Origin: Octopus bimaculoides
Taxonomy: Eukaryota
Reading direction: 5' to 3'
Assembly (NCBI RefSeq): GCF_001194135.2
Contig: NC_068984.1
Coordinates: 127,445,737 to 127,509,736, forward strand
Length of the DNA stretch: 64,000 nt
Below are positions 52,296 through 64,000 of the stretch, in pieces; positions within the stretch are counted from its first letter, which is position 1; each line of letters begins with the position of its first letter. Under the pieces are notes generated by a model. The model was not told the origin of the DNA and ran no database searches. It saw only the letters and a list, made by a program, of their open reading frames with translations. The position numbers and the translations under genes are program-made.

Positions 52296-52337
52296 TTTTT
52301 ATTATTATTATTATTATTAATAACATATTATTATTAC

Positions 52338-53160
52338 AAAGGTGACGAGCTGGCAGAATTGTTAGCATGCCGGGCATAATGACTGCTTAGCAGTATTTCA
52401 TCTATCTTCATATTCTGAGTTCAAATTCCTCCAAGGTAAACTTTGCCTTTCATCTTTTCAGGGTTGATAAGTACCAGTTGAGCACTGGAGTTGATGTAAT
52501 TGACTAACCCCCATCCCCTAAAGTTGCTGACCTTGTGCCAAAATTTGAAACCGTTATTATTATTATTATTATTATTAATGTAATCAATCATTACTATTAT
52601 TATTGTAACATGATTAGAAGAGTGTGATATGTAATAAAAAATTGACTTCGCTAATTGAGCAATATTTCAACAGTATGCCTGTCTTCCTCAGTTTCAAAAT
52701 AAGACATGAATAACGAAAATACACAAAGAAGAAAAACCTATTTATAGGTTTCACTTATTCATAACTGGTTAATCTGCTTAGAACATGAAAAAAGACCGAG
52801 AAAACAAATGAAGGTGTGACTTTATAGATGGTAAAAAGCATGTGACTGAGAGGAATAAAAAAATAAAAGATTAGTGAAATCATGTTGTCGTATGTGGTGA
52901 GGACAGATTCGGTAAAGAAATTATTATTGTTGTTATTATTATCATTAAGACAGTGAGCTAGCAGAATCATTAGCATGCTGGGCAAAATGCTTAGCAGTAT
53001 TTTGTCTCCCACTATGTTCTGAGTTCAAATTCTGCCAAGATCAACTTTGCCTTTCATCCTTTTAGGATCAATAAATTAAGTACCAGTGAAACACTGGAGT
53101 CAATGAAATCAACTGGTCACCTTCTCCAAATTTCAGGCCCTGTGCCTTTAGTAGAAAGTA
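52338..53160 (+). mobile_element. Two family C SINEs (52338-52555 and 52945-53160); older copies at ~51620-51760 and ~51790-51990
   Basis: Consensus GAGCTGGCAGAAT.GTTAGCATGC.GGGC...GAGTTCAAATTC...CTTTGCCTTTCATCCTTT; (ATT)n flanks. Confidence 0.88.
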
Positions 53161-53163
53161 TTA

Positions 53164-53191
<28 letters not shown>

Positions 53192-53194
<3 letters not shown>

Positions 53195-54600
53195 GATATT
53201 CTTCTGCAGGCTGTCTCAAAGGTGAGTGACAATGATTTCATCCTTGTGGCTGGGGATTTCAATGAGCATGTCGGACGGCAGCCCAGTATCTTCCATGGTG
53301 TACAAGGGAGCCATGGAATTGGTTCCTGAAATGAAGAGGGAACAAGGCTACTGGAGCTCTGTGATGCAAATAACCTATTGATCTGCAACACCAACTTCAG
53401 GAAGCCAGTCAGCCACTTGATAACCTACTAGTCAGGTGACTATGCTAGCCAGATCGATTACATTCTCCCCAGAGAAATACAAAGACCTTTCCTGGTGAAG
53501 AATGTACCCCCCAGCATAGACTAGTCATAAGACCAGAAGGATATCAAAAAGCAGACAAATCTGGAAAAGAAGGATTTGGAAGATTAAGGACACTTCATAT
53601 GGTCAGAGATGTAGGGACATCCTAATCGAGAAATTTAATGAGAGGGAGGAGGAACTAGAAATTGTGAAATAGAAGGCGACTGGGAATTCCTGCAGGACAG
53701 CTTGCAAAGTCCCATCCAGACCTAGGGTGACATGGTGGTGGAATAATGCTGTAGACAGGGCCATTAAAGCAAAGAAACAAGCCTGGAAGGCCTGGTAGAG
53801 TGGGGGTAGCAGGGAACTGTATCAGATAGCCAGAAGGGAGGCTAGGAGACTTGTATATCTAGCCAAGGGAGAAGCAGAAAAGAAGTTTGCCAATATTCAA
53901 CGACGTGAGGATCAAAGACTTGCAGTGTTTCAGATTGCAAAGACAGTGTGTGAGAGAAAATTGTGATGTCATAGGAGAGAAATGTATCCGCATGGATGAT
54001 GGTGCCCTTGCATTTAATGATTCTGCAAAGAAAGAGGCTTAGAAATGCCATTATGAAAGACTGTTGAACATGGAGAATGAATGGGAGAAGGAGAGCCTGC
54101 CAAATGTTGACCCACTTGAGGGACCAGCTATCCAAATTGACAGAACCTTGGTAGATAAAGCAATTAAGGACATGAAGACAGGGAAAGCCCCAGGGCCATC
54201 AGGAATCACAGCTAAGATGCTTAAAATATCTGATGGTGTGGGTTATGGTCTAGTCACCCATATTGTAAATCAGGTAGTTCACGAAGGAGTCATGCCCAAT
54301 GACTGGTGTAGCAGCACTATAGTCAACTGCTACAAAGGTAAAGGTGATGCCGTAGATAGAAATAATTACAGAGGTATCAAATTGTTGGATCAGGTGATGA
54401 AAGTTACGGAGAGGGTCATAACCCAACTAATTAGGAAGAGAGTTAGTCTAGATGAGATGAAGTTTCGTTTTGTACCAGGTAGAAGCACCATTGATGCTAT
54501 ATTTCTGGTAAGGCAGCTACTGGAGAAATACATAGCCAAAGACAAACCTCTGTACTTGGCTTTTGTTGGCTTCAAGAAAGCCTTTGACAAGGTCCCCCGC
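53192..54600 (+). mobile_element. RTE-clade LINE fragment: APE endonuclease C-half through RT N-half, pseudogenised
   Basis: AGDFNEHVG, NTNFRKP...SQIDYIL, MKTGKAPGPSGI, NNYRGIKLLDQVMKV, LAFVGFKKAFDKVPR; truncated at both ends. Confidence 0.93.
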
Positions 54601-54885
54601 AAGGTCAACAGGCATTTTATCTCCAGAATCAATAAAATAATGTACCAATCAAGGATTGGGTCAATGTAATCAACTAACTCCTCACTCCAAATTTCAAAGC
54701 CATGTGCTTAAGTCAACCTTGGTAAAATTTCAGTTCAAAATTCTGGTAAGGTCAATTTTGCCTTTCATCCTTTCAGAGTCAATGAAATAAGTACCAGTTG
54801 AGTACTGGGGGAAGGGGGTAGGTCAATGTAATCATTTAGCTCCTTCCTCAAATTTCATGCTTTGTGCCAATAGTAGAAAGGATTA
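54600..54885 (+). mobile_element. Two further family C SINE fragments in tandem
   Basis: AATAAAATAATGTACC...GGGTCAATGTAATC; TTGCCTTTCATCCTTTCAGAGTC...TTTGTGCCAATAGTAGAAAGG then (ATT)n. Confidence 0.75.
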
Positions 54886-54904
54886 TTATTATCATTATCA
54901 TTAT

Positions 54905-55075
54905 TATTATTATTCATATACACACAACAGATTAGGCTGTTGGAAAAGAAAAATTCCTGACATCAGGCTACAAGTAACCTTAGATGCCAAGAACCCTCCA
55001 AAGTATCTTAGATGCCCCTAATAACATTCTATTTATCTGTTCAAATAAATCTTTAGGGATAGTTCCTAATGCACC

Positions 55076-55080
<5 letters not shown>
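54905..55080 (-). mobile_element. Second R4/Dong-like 3' fragment (different subfamily) within (TAA)n
   Basis: IIGALGTIPKDLFEQINRMLLGASKILWRVLGI* (stop at 54982-54980); AAT repeats on both sides. Confidence 0.6.
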
Positions 55081-55108
<28 letters not shown>

Positions 55109-56149
55109 CAAATGCATATTAGTATGGATTTGTTGTTTTGAATTGTACCAATCACTGTTCTTAGATTGGCTGCCAAGTCATTATTACAACATAACTTGCA
55201 AAAATTAAAAAGAAAATATGAAAATAAATTGTATTCAATTCAAATTGGAAATACTGATGCCCTAAGGATTTGGGTATTTTAACAAAAGGAATTAATATTA
55301 ACTCATTACCTCCTCCTCCTCACCTGAAGTATGTTCCTTCTTACATCAGCCAAATTTTATCAATAATCTCAAATGAATACAACACAAAACCATAGCAGAT
55401 AATTTTATCTTGCGTTGGCATTGTTTAGTCCTAGATCAGCCCCATTTAAGCAGAACTATGATGAAACCATTCTAACCATGATCATTCCTTCGTTTTGTAT
55501 ATATGAAGACTGCATTATTTAAAGTATTTTTATTTGTTTTTTTTGAGGTGGTAGGCTGGGATTTGAAACTAGTTCTAACAGGTAAAAAGGACCATATCAA
55601 TTCTCTTTGTGAGCAGGAAGTAAAAATCATACAATCATACACATCAAAAATATTGCGAAGCTGGAAATAATATGTTCTCAATTAAATATAGTTCTACTTC
55701 AAATTTCAATGAATATTTCATTTGATGAAATTATAAATTTTAACATATTTGTTAGTGATTAATTTTACCTAATCCTTAAAAAGATAAGAGGAGAGATTGC
55801 TCATTTATGATGAAATTCTAAAAATAGTTTTCAATTTAAATTGTTCAGCTCGACAGTCACGCAACTTGCATCTTGCAACAACAAAAAAAAAATTGATTAC
55901 ATTTTAATGCTCTCATTGACAAAACTGAAATAATGAAAATATGTCCTCAACAGTTTTGAATTACTTTTAAGACTGATGTAATTGAAACTGTTTCAGTTAA
56001 TGTTTACATTAATGCTTTTCAATTGTTTGCATCTTACATTTGTATTTGCTAATGGTTCTGCAAATATCATGCTGTTGTTATTGTTTTAGTCTTCACTAAG
56101 CAGTCTTATGAACAAAGGTCACCCAGTCATGATCATCCAGTTTTTTGAG

Positions 56150-56182
<33 letters not shown>

Positions 56183-56334
56183 CATTGTGTAGCTATTATC
56201 CAGTGTGACCTTCCATTTTTTCTTTTTTTTTTTTTGGTATGGTTGTAATTTAAGGAAATATTTGAAACTATTCCTAGTGGGGTCAGTGTAATAAGTTACT
56301 AAGTTGATTCACTTATATGATATGTTGAAATAAT

Positions 56335-56530
56335 CCTTTCTACTATAGGAAAAAAGGCCTGAAATTTTGGGGAAGAGGTGGTTAGTCTACCAAATCCAGT
56401 AGTCAACTGGTACTTAACTCTAAAAGGATGAAAGTCAACTTTGGTGGAGTTTAAACTCAGAGTGTAAAGATGGACAAAATGTTGTTATGCATTTGTCTGG
56501 CATGCAAATGATTCTGCCACCTCACCATCT
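56335..56530 (-). mobile_element. Family C SINE (another older copy at ~56975-57170)
   Basis: GGCCTGAAATTTTGGG...AACTGGTACTT...AAAGGATGAAAG...ATTCTGCCA. Confidence 0.8.
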
Positions 56531-58643
56531 TTCTGGCAGATTACTGTCTTGATTTCTTGAAATAAAGAAGCAAGAATTTAAGAGGAATCTTTTTCTATTG
56601 CAAAGCAATGAACTGATTAGATGTTCTGTTAAGTTGGACTGAGTGGGACTTTTCAAGAAATCATATTTGTGAATCCACTGAAGGATTTCACCAATGACAT
56701 GTACTTTTCATTGCTCAGTTACTAAATGCCTCTTCAAGTCACATTCAACTTCAATGTTATGCCAAAAGCAACTATTAGAACATTATAGTAAACACATGAG
56801 AATGACATATAATAACTAGAAAGTCAAATACAGTGGAAAATTTTCTGTTCTGTCATTACAAAATAAGCATATACTACCCCATAGTATTAAACATTACAGA
56901 AATAATATCCCTGTCACTATGAAATAACCATATATTAAACATTAATTGTTTCTAACATTATAATAATTTTCAACATAGGCACAAAGCCAAGAAGTTGCTG
57001 GGGAAAAAAACAGTCAATTAAATTGAATCCACCACTTGAGTGGTACTTTATTGCATTGACCTCAGATGGAAGAAACCCAAAGCTGACTTCAGTGGACTTC
57101 AGAACCTAAAGTGCTGGAATAAACACAGCAAAATATTTTGTTTGATATTCTAATGATTCTGCTAATAAATCATCCTTGTAGTGAACAATAATAATAACTA
57201 GAGTACTATGCAGTATTGGATATAGAGAGAATCACATCTGTATGTGAAATATATTGTTGCTGTGAGAGTAAGCCTTGTGGTTAAACTATGGGGCTTTTGG
57301 CAGCTTGGAACGAGGATCAAACCAATCATTTTCATTTTCCTTAGACTCATCAAAGATTGCTCACACCTTGCAAAATGCTAACAGACAGTAAGATAGAACT
57401 ACTTGTAAAGATCTAAACAAGATCATGCAGAGCATAACAAAAGTCATTTTAAAACAAGTAAATAGTAATAAGAAATGACAAAACCACAGAAATATTCTTG
57501 TTATTATGAAGCAAATATATTGTAAATTTAATCATTTAAATTTGGAGATGTATCCCTCAACTGCTTTCTTTAAATAATAGTTAACCCTTGCAGAAATCAG
57601 ATATATCCACTCAAAGTTTCATTATCCTTAACCGCAGAAAGCAGTTATATATTCCAATCTATCTTCTGTTGCAGGATATCATGTTTGAAACTACGTTTGT
57701 TAAGATATATGAAATTAATTGAGGAAATGTAACTTACAGAAAATACCAATTCCATTTTTTTGTAGTTATTTAACATCATTACTGAAATAACCATGAAATT
57801 TAATTTTACAGTTAAAAGGTTAATCATATAAAAAATTATTGTTCTCATCACTAAGGATTTAGTTTTAATTAGATAAAACTTCCTGGTTTACTTATTCAAG
57901 TATGCTAGAACCCACTTTGCTATACAGTAATAAGGAAATAGCAACAGTATAGAAATGTTCTTATCATTATGAAACACACATGTACTTGTAATAGATATCA
58001 AAACAAAATAGTGCTAACATGTCTCACTACATACTAATAAGAAATTACACAACCATAGAAAGGCTACTGTCATTATGAAATATGAATATACTTAACAGTA
58101 AACAACAATATAGACACCAGTTTTGTCAATGGGAAAGAGACAATAAATTAGTGACAAAATAGCAGCAACATGCAGTAAAGCAAGTGCAAACATATTTAAT
58201 GTAGCAAGCCAAGAAATTTTAATTAAAATTACACCTATTCTGACAAGAATCAATCATCTTAACTAAAAGTAACACTGCCTAGAGGGTGGTGGTCCTGCTA
58301 GTTAAGGATGGTGGTTTTCCTCTAAGATCATATTAATAATATTCTTCTTTTTGGAACCTGATTGTTAATTACTTATACACAATAATTACATATAATATAA
58401 TGTAATTTGTTTTGACTAGCATTTCAAGTTTTTGCCTGATGGCTTGTTCAGCTCTACTTTTAGTACTAAGTCACCCCCATCAGTGAAAGTTCTGTTGTTA
58501 TTCTTAAAATTTCTTCAAAATAACCTAGAATTAACATTTAAATACACAAAATAATCGAGGTAGTTACAGTATGTGATAGGATAATTAAGCTGAGATTAAT
58601 TATCAACAACTCAATAGCAACATATATTTCTGCATATACTTCA

Positions 58644-59046
58644 CAGTCAGGGCTGGCATATGACCAAAAGGACCACTTTTATGGCCCTCCTGCAAGTTGT
58701 CTCAACAATAATCAACGACAATTTCCTTATTGTGTCTGACAATTTTAATGGTCATGTTGGTCAACATCACAAAGGCTTTTGCAGTACACATGACAGATAT
58801 TGTTATGCTACAAGAAACAAAGGTTTAAGGTTTCTAAAATTCTATCATGTATTTCATCAAACAATTTGTAACATACACTTTAAGAAAATGGCCAGCCACC
58901 TGATCACCAACTAATCAAGTGAACACACAGGTCAGACAGATTTCAGTCCCACCAGGAAATAGGATAGGTAGACCGTTGTAAATGCTAAAACTTTTCCAGA
59001 TGAAACCTGCACTATCCAATATAGATTAGTGCTTAGTGACAGTCTA
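58644..59046 (+). mobile_element. RTE endonuclease fragment (degenerate)
   Basis: LIVSDNFNGHVG, FKKMASHLIT and AKTFPDETCTIQYRLVLSD. Confidence 0.75.
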
Positions 59047-59427
59047 GTCACAGCAGAAGGTTTTCTCACATCAGAATGTACTCAACCAGTATTAAACATG
59101 GCTTTACATGAACATATTTTTATTCAACACTGCTTCATGTCTACTTGTTTGATTCTGGCTTAATCAAGCTTTACACACATCAACAGATGTACTGTATATT
59201 GTTTTAATATAAGAATGAATTCATTCTTACTGGGCTGTGGATGACAGATTCAGAGCTTGTAGTTGACAACACAAACAAATGCAGAAATGCATGATTCAGT
59301 AATTTCATTCACAGCCCAATATATGTTTTCACACATCATCTCAGAGGAGAAATTTCTCCTGAGACTTTTTTCACAGAAGAAAATATTCAAACATCAATAT
59401 ATTTTATTCAATGCTGCTTTGTGTAAC

Positions 59428-59482
<55 letters not shown>

Positions 59483-61473
59483 GTGTGTGTTGTGTGTGTA
59501 TGCACACACATCACACACAAACACTATGTACACACACACATACTAAGTATATATTTGTAGCCTACCAAACCTACATTTGCTACCATCCTTTGGATCCATG
59601 ACACCCACCTCATTAACCTGTTGCAAATCTCTGTCTTTCACTCATCTGTCTCTCACATCATTCATTTCTTTATTAATCATCTCACTCACCATTTGTTGTT
59701 ATGTTGCTTGCATAACAATGAGTGTTACAAGGCCTACCTGCATTATTCAACCTCCATACCACCTTCCTCATCATTCTACCTCTCACTCTCATCACCAGCC
59801 TATGTTTAGGAGACTGCATTGTACTATTTCTACCCAATGCACATTAACTTCACCCTTTCTACACTGCCAGCCACCACTTCCCTGGGCCACTTCTATTGTC
59901 ACCTAATCTTACCTTTGACCACCTCTGCTATTGCCCATCACTGCCCCCAATCTTCACCTCAATCACTCTGTCTCTAAGATTATACTCTTGCTCCTTTCAT
60001 CTACCTAATCTGACTTTTCTTTTGTTACCACATTCTCCTATTTCCCTTCTCCATCACATTATCTTCAGCAACATACAAGTCCTAGAGTTTTAGATATCAA
60101 GTACTCTTTAGGCTTACAGTTTACAAGGCAACCCCAACTCCTGTACTGATACCACAACAAAATACTCCACCCCAGCACAGCTCTTGAGTGATTGGCAAGC
60201 AAGTAGGGGAGAAGTAAGCCTGAGCGGTCCCTTTAGTCCTGTTTCACAAAGGACTTGATGATATTTGTAATGATGCTGCTGCAAAGAAATGCATCCAGTA
60301 CACACTGTAAAATGGCAAATGAGTGGAGAAAATAAAGACTGTTGAGAGGATCATCAAGTCATGTCTTGCCAAGAACATTGCTGAGGCCATGATGCTAGCA
60401 ATTATAGTGCTGAGGATGATCATGATGATAATCATTACTGCAACAATGACTCCTGTCTATCCTTAAATACAGAGTAATTAATTGTAAAAAAAAAAAAAAA
60501 AAGGCAAGAACAATATAAAAGAAATATTTCGCATTTCATGAGAGACACAGAGTGGCCAACAGGGACAATATTCTTACAGTTGACTGATGCTACATGGACA
60601 GTAAATTTCCTATCAAGTGTTTCATGCACAGACCAATTGTCCTTAAAGTAATATGAAATAGTTTTTTTAAGAGGGGACCCATTAATTATTTGCTATGCAC
60701 ATATGATATTTTTCATAACGTCGGGAAATTTAGTTGTTCATGCATCATTAGCTGTGGCTGCCCCCCAGTTACTATAGAACAAGTCTAAACTTGAAACATC
60801 AATTAATTTGTCATTACTATATTAACTATAAACATTCCAATTTTTATTGGCTCCAAAGAAAAGTAGCATTCTGTGAGTTGTTTTTCTGTAGACCGATGGT
60901 ATATCAGAAGCCAAAATCCATTGAAGGCTTTCAACATAGGTTTTTTTTGTCTTTTTTCTTTGCTATATAGAAGTGAAGGAAGTAGTATATATATAGCTCA
61001 TCTCTTTGCTATAAACATTTTCTTCTGGGGGTATGTAAAGAAGCTTGACCAAAGTTAGTCAAAAGTATGCTGAAAAGCACACAATGAAAAATGATGTACT
61101 CATACTTTTAAGATCTCTATCATTGTTATAAACATTTTTTTGAAAATAACATGAAAAAAACCCAATGCTGCTCTTTTTTGCAATAAACACAAAGTTTGTT
61201 TAATTAACATTTCAAGTTCAAACCTGAAACTAATAACTAGAGGGAGCAACTAATTCTGCTACCAACAGGATAAAAATTATAACTGCATTGCAGAAAATTG
61301 ATCATCACCCTCATACTTTGACAGATGCCAAAGTTACTAAAGGCATACACTATTGATATCAATAAGAAGTTCAAGAATAGATTGAATATTATAAAGAAAT
61401 GAACCACTTTAGACATGAATTACAAATGTTATTTTTACATCCCAATAATTGTTTTAATATTTATTATTCCATG

Positions 61474-61860
61474 AAGGCAGTGAGTTAGTAGAATCGTTAG
61501 CATGCTGGACAAAATCATCATCATCATCATCATCATCGTTTAACGTCCGCTTTCCATGCTAGCATGGGTTGGACGATTTGACTGAGGACTGGTGAAACTG
61601 GATGGCAACACCAGGCTCCAGTCTAATTTGGCAGAGTTTCTACAGCTGGATGCCCTTCCTAACGCCAACCACTCAGAAAATACTTAACAACATCTCGTTT
61701 GTCATTAAGTTCTGAGTTCAAATGCCACCGAGATCAACTTTGCCTTTCATCCTTTCAAGGTCATTGAAATAAGTACCAGTTGAACGCTGGGGATCGATGT
61801 AATTGACTTAACCCCTCCCCAGAAATTGCTGGCCTTGTGCCAATATTTGAAACCAATATT
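61474..61860 (+). mobile_element. Family C SINE interrupted by a young family A copy (61516-61676, minus strand)
   Basis: The SINE consensus resumes after the insert; AAAAT is duplicated at 61511-61515 and 61677-61681. Confidence 0.88.
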
Positions 61861-61942
61861 TATCATTCCATGCCAGGTAGTTATACCCTGGATTAACTAT
61901 CATCAAACAGACTCGTGATCAAAGCCATTCCAGACATGACCA

Positions 61943-62285
61943 GGCACGAAAGTGTCGTTAAGAAGCTCACTTTGCAACCACATTGTTTCAGGTTCAGTCC
62001 TACCATAATGCACCTTGAGCAAATATCTACTATAGCCCTAGGCCAACCAATGCCTTGTGAGTGAATTTGGTAGAAGGAAACTGTGAAGAAGCTTGTCACA
62101 TGCATATGAGAGTGTGTGCATGAGTTTGTCCCCCATCACTACTTGACAACTAATATTAATTGTTTATGTCACATGTAATTTAGCAGTTTGACATAAGAGA
62201 CAGATAAAGTACTGGGTCGATTTGTTCAGCTAAACCCTGCAAGAAGGTGCCCCAGCATGACCAGTCCAACGAATGAAACAAATAG
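61943..62285 (+). mobile_element. Family B SINE (older, full length)
   Basis: CAACCACATTGTTTCAGGTTCAGTCC...CACCTTGAGCAA...GGTGCCCCAGCATGACC. Confidence 0.8.
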
Positions 62286-63815
62286 AGTCATAGTATACCT
62301 AGACTACATAGACTACATTATCCAATATGTTATCTTTTCTTACGATAGTAGAATGTGGCTCGAGAAATATTTGACTGCTATTTCTTGCAAGCTGAGAAAT
62401 TGCATAGAAGCTTCCTTGTTGGCTTACTGATGTCAATGATGACAGAGGTGCTGGCAGTAAATTGTTCACTTGTAATAATCAATGAGAAGATAGGCTATCA
62501 TACTGCATTAGAAATAAAATATTTTCTCACACAAATCATTTAGAATCTTAACTGTAACCTACTTCCTTTCTTTATAATATTCAATGTTTTTGTGTTACTT
62601 TATTTGTGTAGGTAGTTTGTACATTTTAAATAGAATCTGTCAAAGTCAAAGCTTTCATTTCGTTTTAAGACAACTAGTCTATGTTTGAAACACTTGATGG
62701 ATTTACTGTCCTTGCAGCATCTCAAGACTAAGGCATATTCTATTGCAGTTGGTGAATTCCGACACTAAACATGACAAGCCATTCTACTAAAGTAGATAAT
62801 TACCAACTTTTCTAGCAATGATTGTATTCCAAGAGCAGATTAAAAAACTGGAATTTCTCACACTATCATCAGCTGTCAACTGGTTCGACAAAGAAAAACA
62901 AATGTACGTGCCATATGTGCTGTTAATTTTAGGATTTGTTTCACATCATTCCATCATTATATCTTTCTGAGCTAATGCTTCTAGGGGTTGCTTCCTTTTA
63001 CTGCGACTATTTGTGTTTAAAACCTCATTTGCCTTTAAAATGCAAGAAGATTTGCTTGAGATTCTCAGTTGTAACCTCTTACTTGAATAAACTTGGGAAA
63101 TACCAACATCAGCTGATTAAATCAACCCCTAGTGTTTGATTGATACCTCTTTTTTTTTTTGATACCCCCCACCCCATCCTCCGGATAAAATTCAGCTCAA
63201 ACAATTCTACTAACCCACTACTTGCGTTCAATGAGATAGATATCAAAATTTGAAGAACAAGAGGAAAATATTTGATTTCCAGATTGTTTGTCCTCAGAAA
63301 TGCAGTACTCCGATATCCCCTCCCTGTTCATGTGTTTCTGAGAGACACTATTGTACAGAAGTTTCATACTGCAAAATCACTTGCACCAACTTCAGTATGG
63401 GAAGATTGGCAAATGTCATGAGCATTGTTCCTCCAATTTTTACTATCTTATAAAAATAAAGCAGAAAACATTTAAAGGAAAACATTTCTGGACACAATTT
63501 TTTGTTTGTTTTCAAATCTATAGTAATAAGGATAATTTGGTCTTACAACAGCATCAGATTATTTAACTTAAAATATTTCTAATCATTATATTTTATGTAA
63601 ACAAAAATATATTTTATGTAAACATCTCATTACTCTTCTCTTGTTTTGGATTTCTTTCACCAAATAAATCTACAAGCAGTTTAACTTCATTGGCATGCTC
63701 AAATAACAGAAAATATAAAATGATAACAAAAACCCCACAAATTTTGTTAAATAATTGGGCTATACCATCGGTTATTGTAACCATTAGAATGCATTAAAAA
63801 TATGAACTGAGAAAT

Positions 63816-64000
63816 GGCGCAGGAGTGGCTGTGTGGTAAGAAGCTTGCTTCCCAACCACATCAATCCGGGTTTGGTCCCACTGCGTGGCACCTTGGGTAT
63901 GTGTCTTCTACTATAGCCTCAAGCCAACCAAAGCCTTGTAAGTGAATTTGATAGACAGAAACTGAAAGAAGCCGGTTGTGTGTGTGTGTGTGTGTGTGTG
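63816..64000 (+). mobile_element. Family B SINE, 5' half, cut by the window end
   Basis: GGCGCAGGAGTGGCTGTGTGGTAAG...CACTGCGTGGCACCTTGGG...AAACTGAAAGAAG then (GT)n. Confidence 0.9.

Noticed and set aside
57345-57387. 43-nt exon candidate (TTTTCATTTTCCTTAG ... ACA|GTAAGA)
   Set aside because: Too short to assess; two frames open and no homology recognised
59560-60430. Pyrimidine-rich stretch and adjacent A/F-like tail
   Set aside because: Probably old RTE-related DNA, but too decayed to assign
60870-61060. FFWGYVKK resembling the transposase motif DFFLWGYVK
   Set aside because: Isolated motif with no TIRs or colinear neighbouring motifs
62880-63470. CpG-containing unique sequence with several 45-70 aa open frames on both strands
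   Set aside because: No consistent strand, splice pattern or recognisable domain

Overview
AT-rich, repeat-dense animal genomic DNA from a gapped draft assembly (7 N-runs). The repeat landscape resembles a coleoid cephalopod (Octopus-like) genome: tRNA-derived SINEs with internal microsatellites, RTE LINE tails ending in (GAT)n, and abundant (GT)n/(TA)n/(AAT)n tracts. This attribution is inference from remembered repeat motifs, not a database hit. No host protein-coding exon, rRNA or true tRNA gene can be supported; the window reads as a large intron or intergenic region. The recognisable coding remnants are all transposon-derived. They include four distinct Tc1/mariner lineages (two DD34D mariners, a DD36E-like Tc1 and a DD37D maT), several RTE-clade LINE fragments, CR1/L2-like 3' ends, and two R4/Dong-like endonuclease tails sitting in (TAA)n tracts. 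There are also two clean non-autonomous DNA elements with perfect TIRs and 8-bp TSDs (one Merlin-like, one hAT Buster/Charlie-like). Working labels for the short repeat families: A = RTE-type 3' tail; B = tRNA/CORE-like SINE; C = tRNA SINE with (ATT)n tail; D = Meta/V-like tRNA SINE; E = AGAAATAGCAGCCAAATC family; F = pyrimidine-rich head plus A tail; G = old AT-rich repeat. Most ORFs in the supplied track are microsatellite, gap or antisense-repeat artefacts. Boundaries of old degenerate repeats are approximate (about 20 bp).
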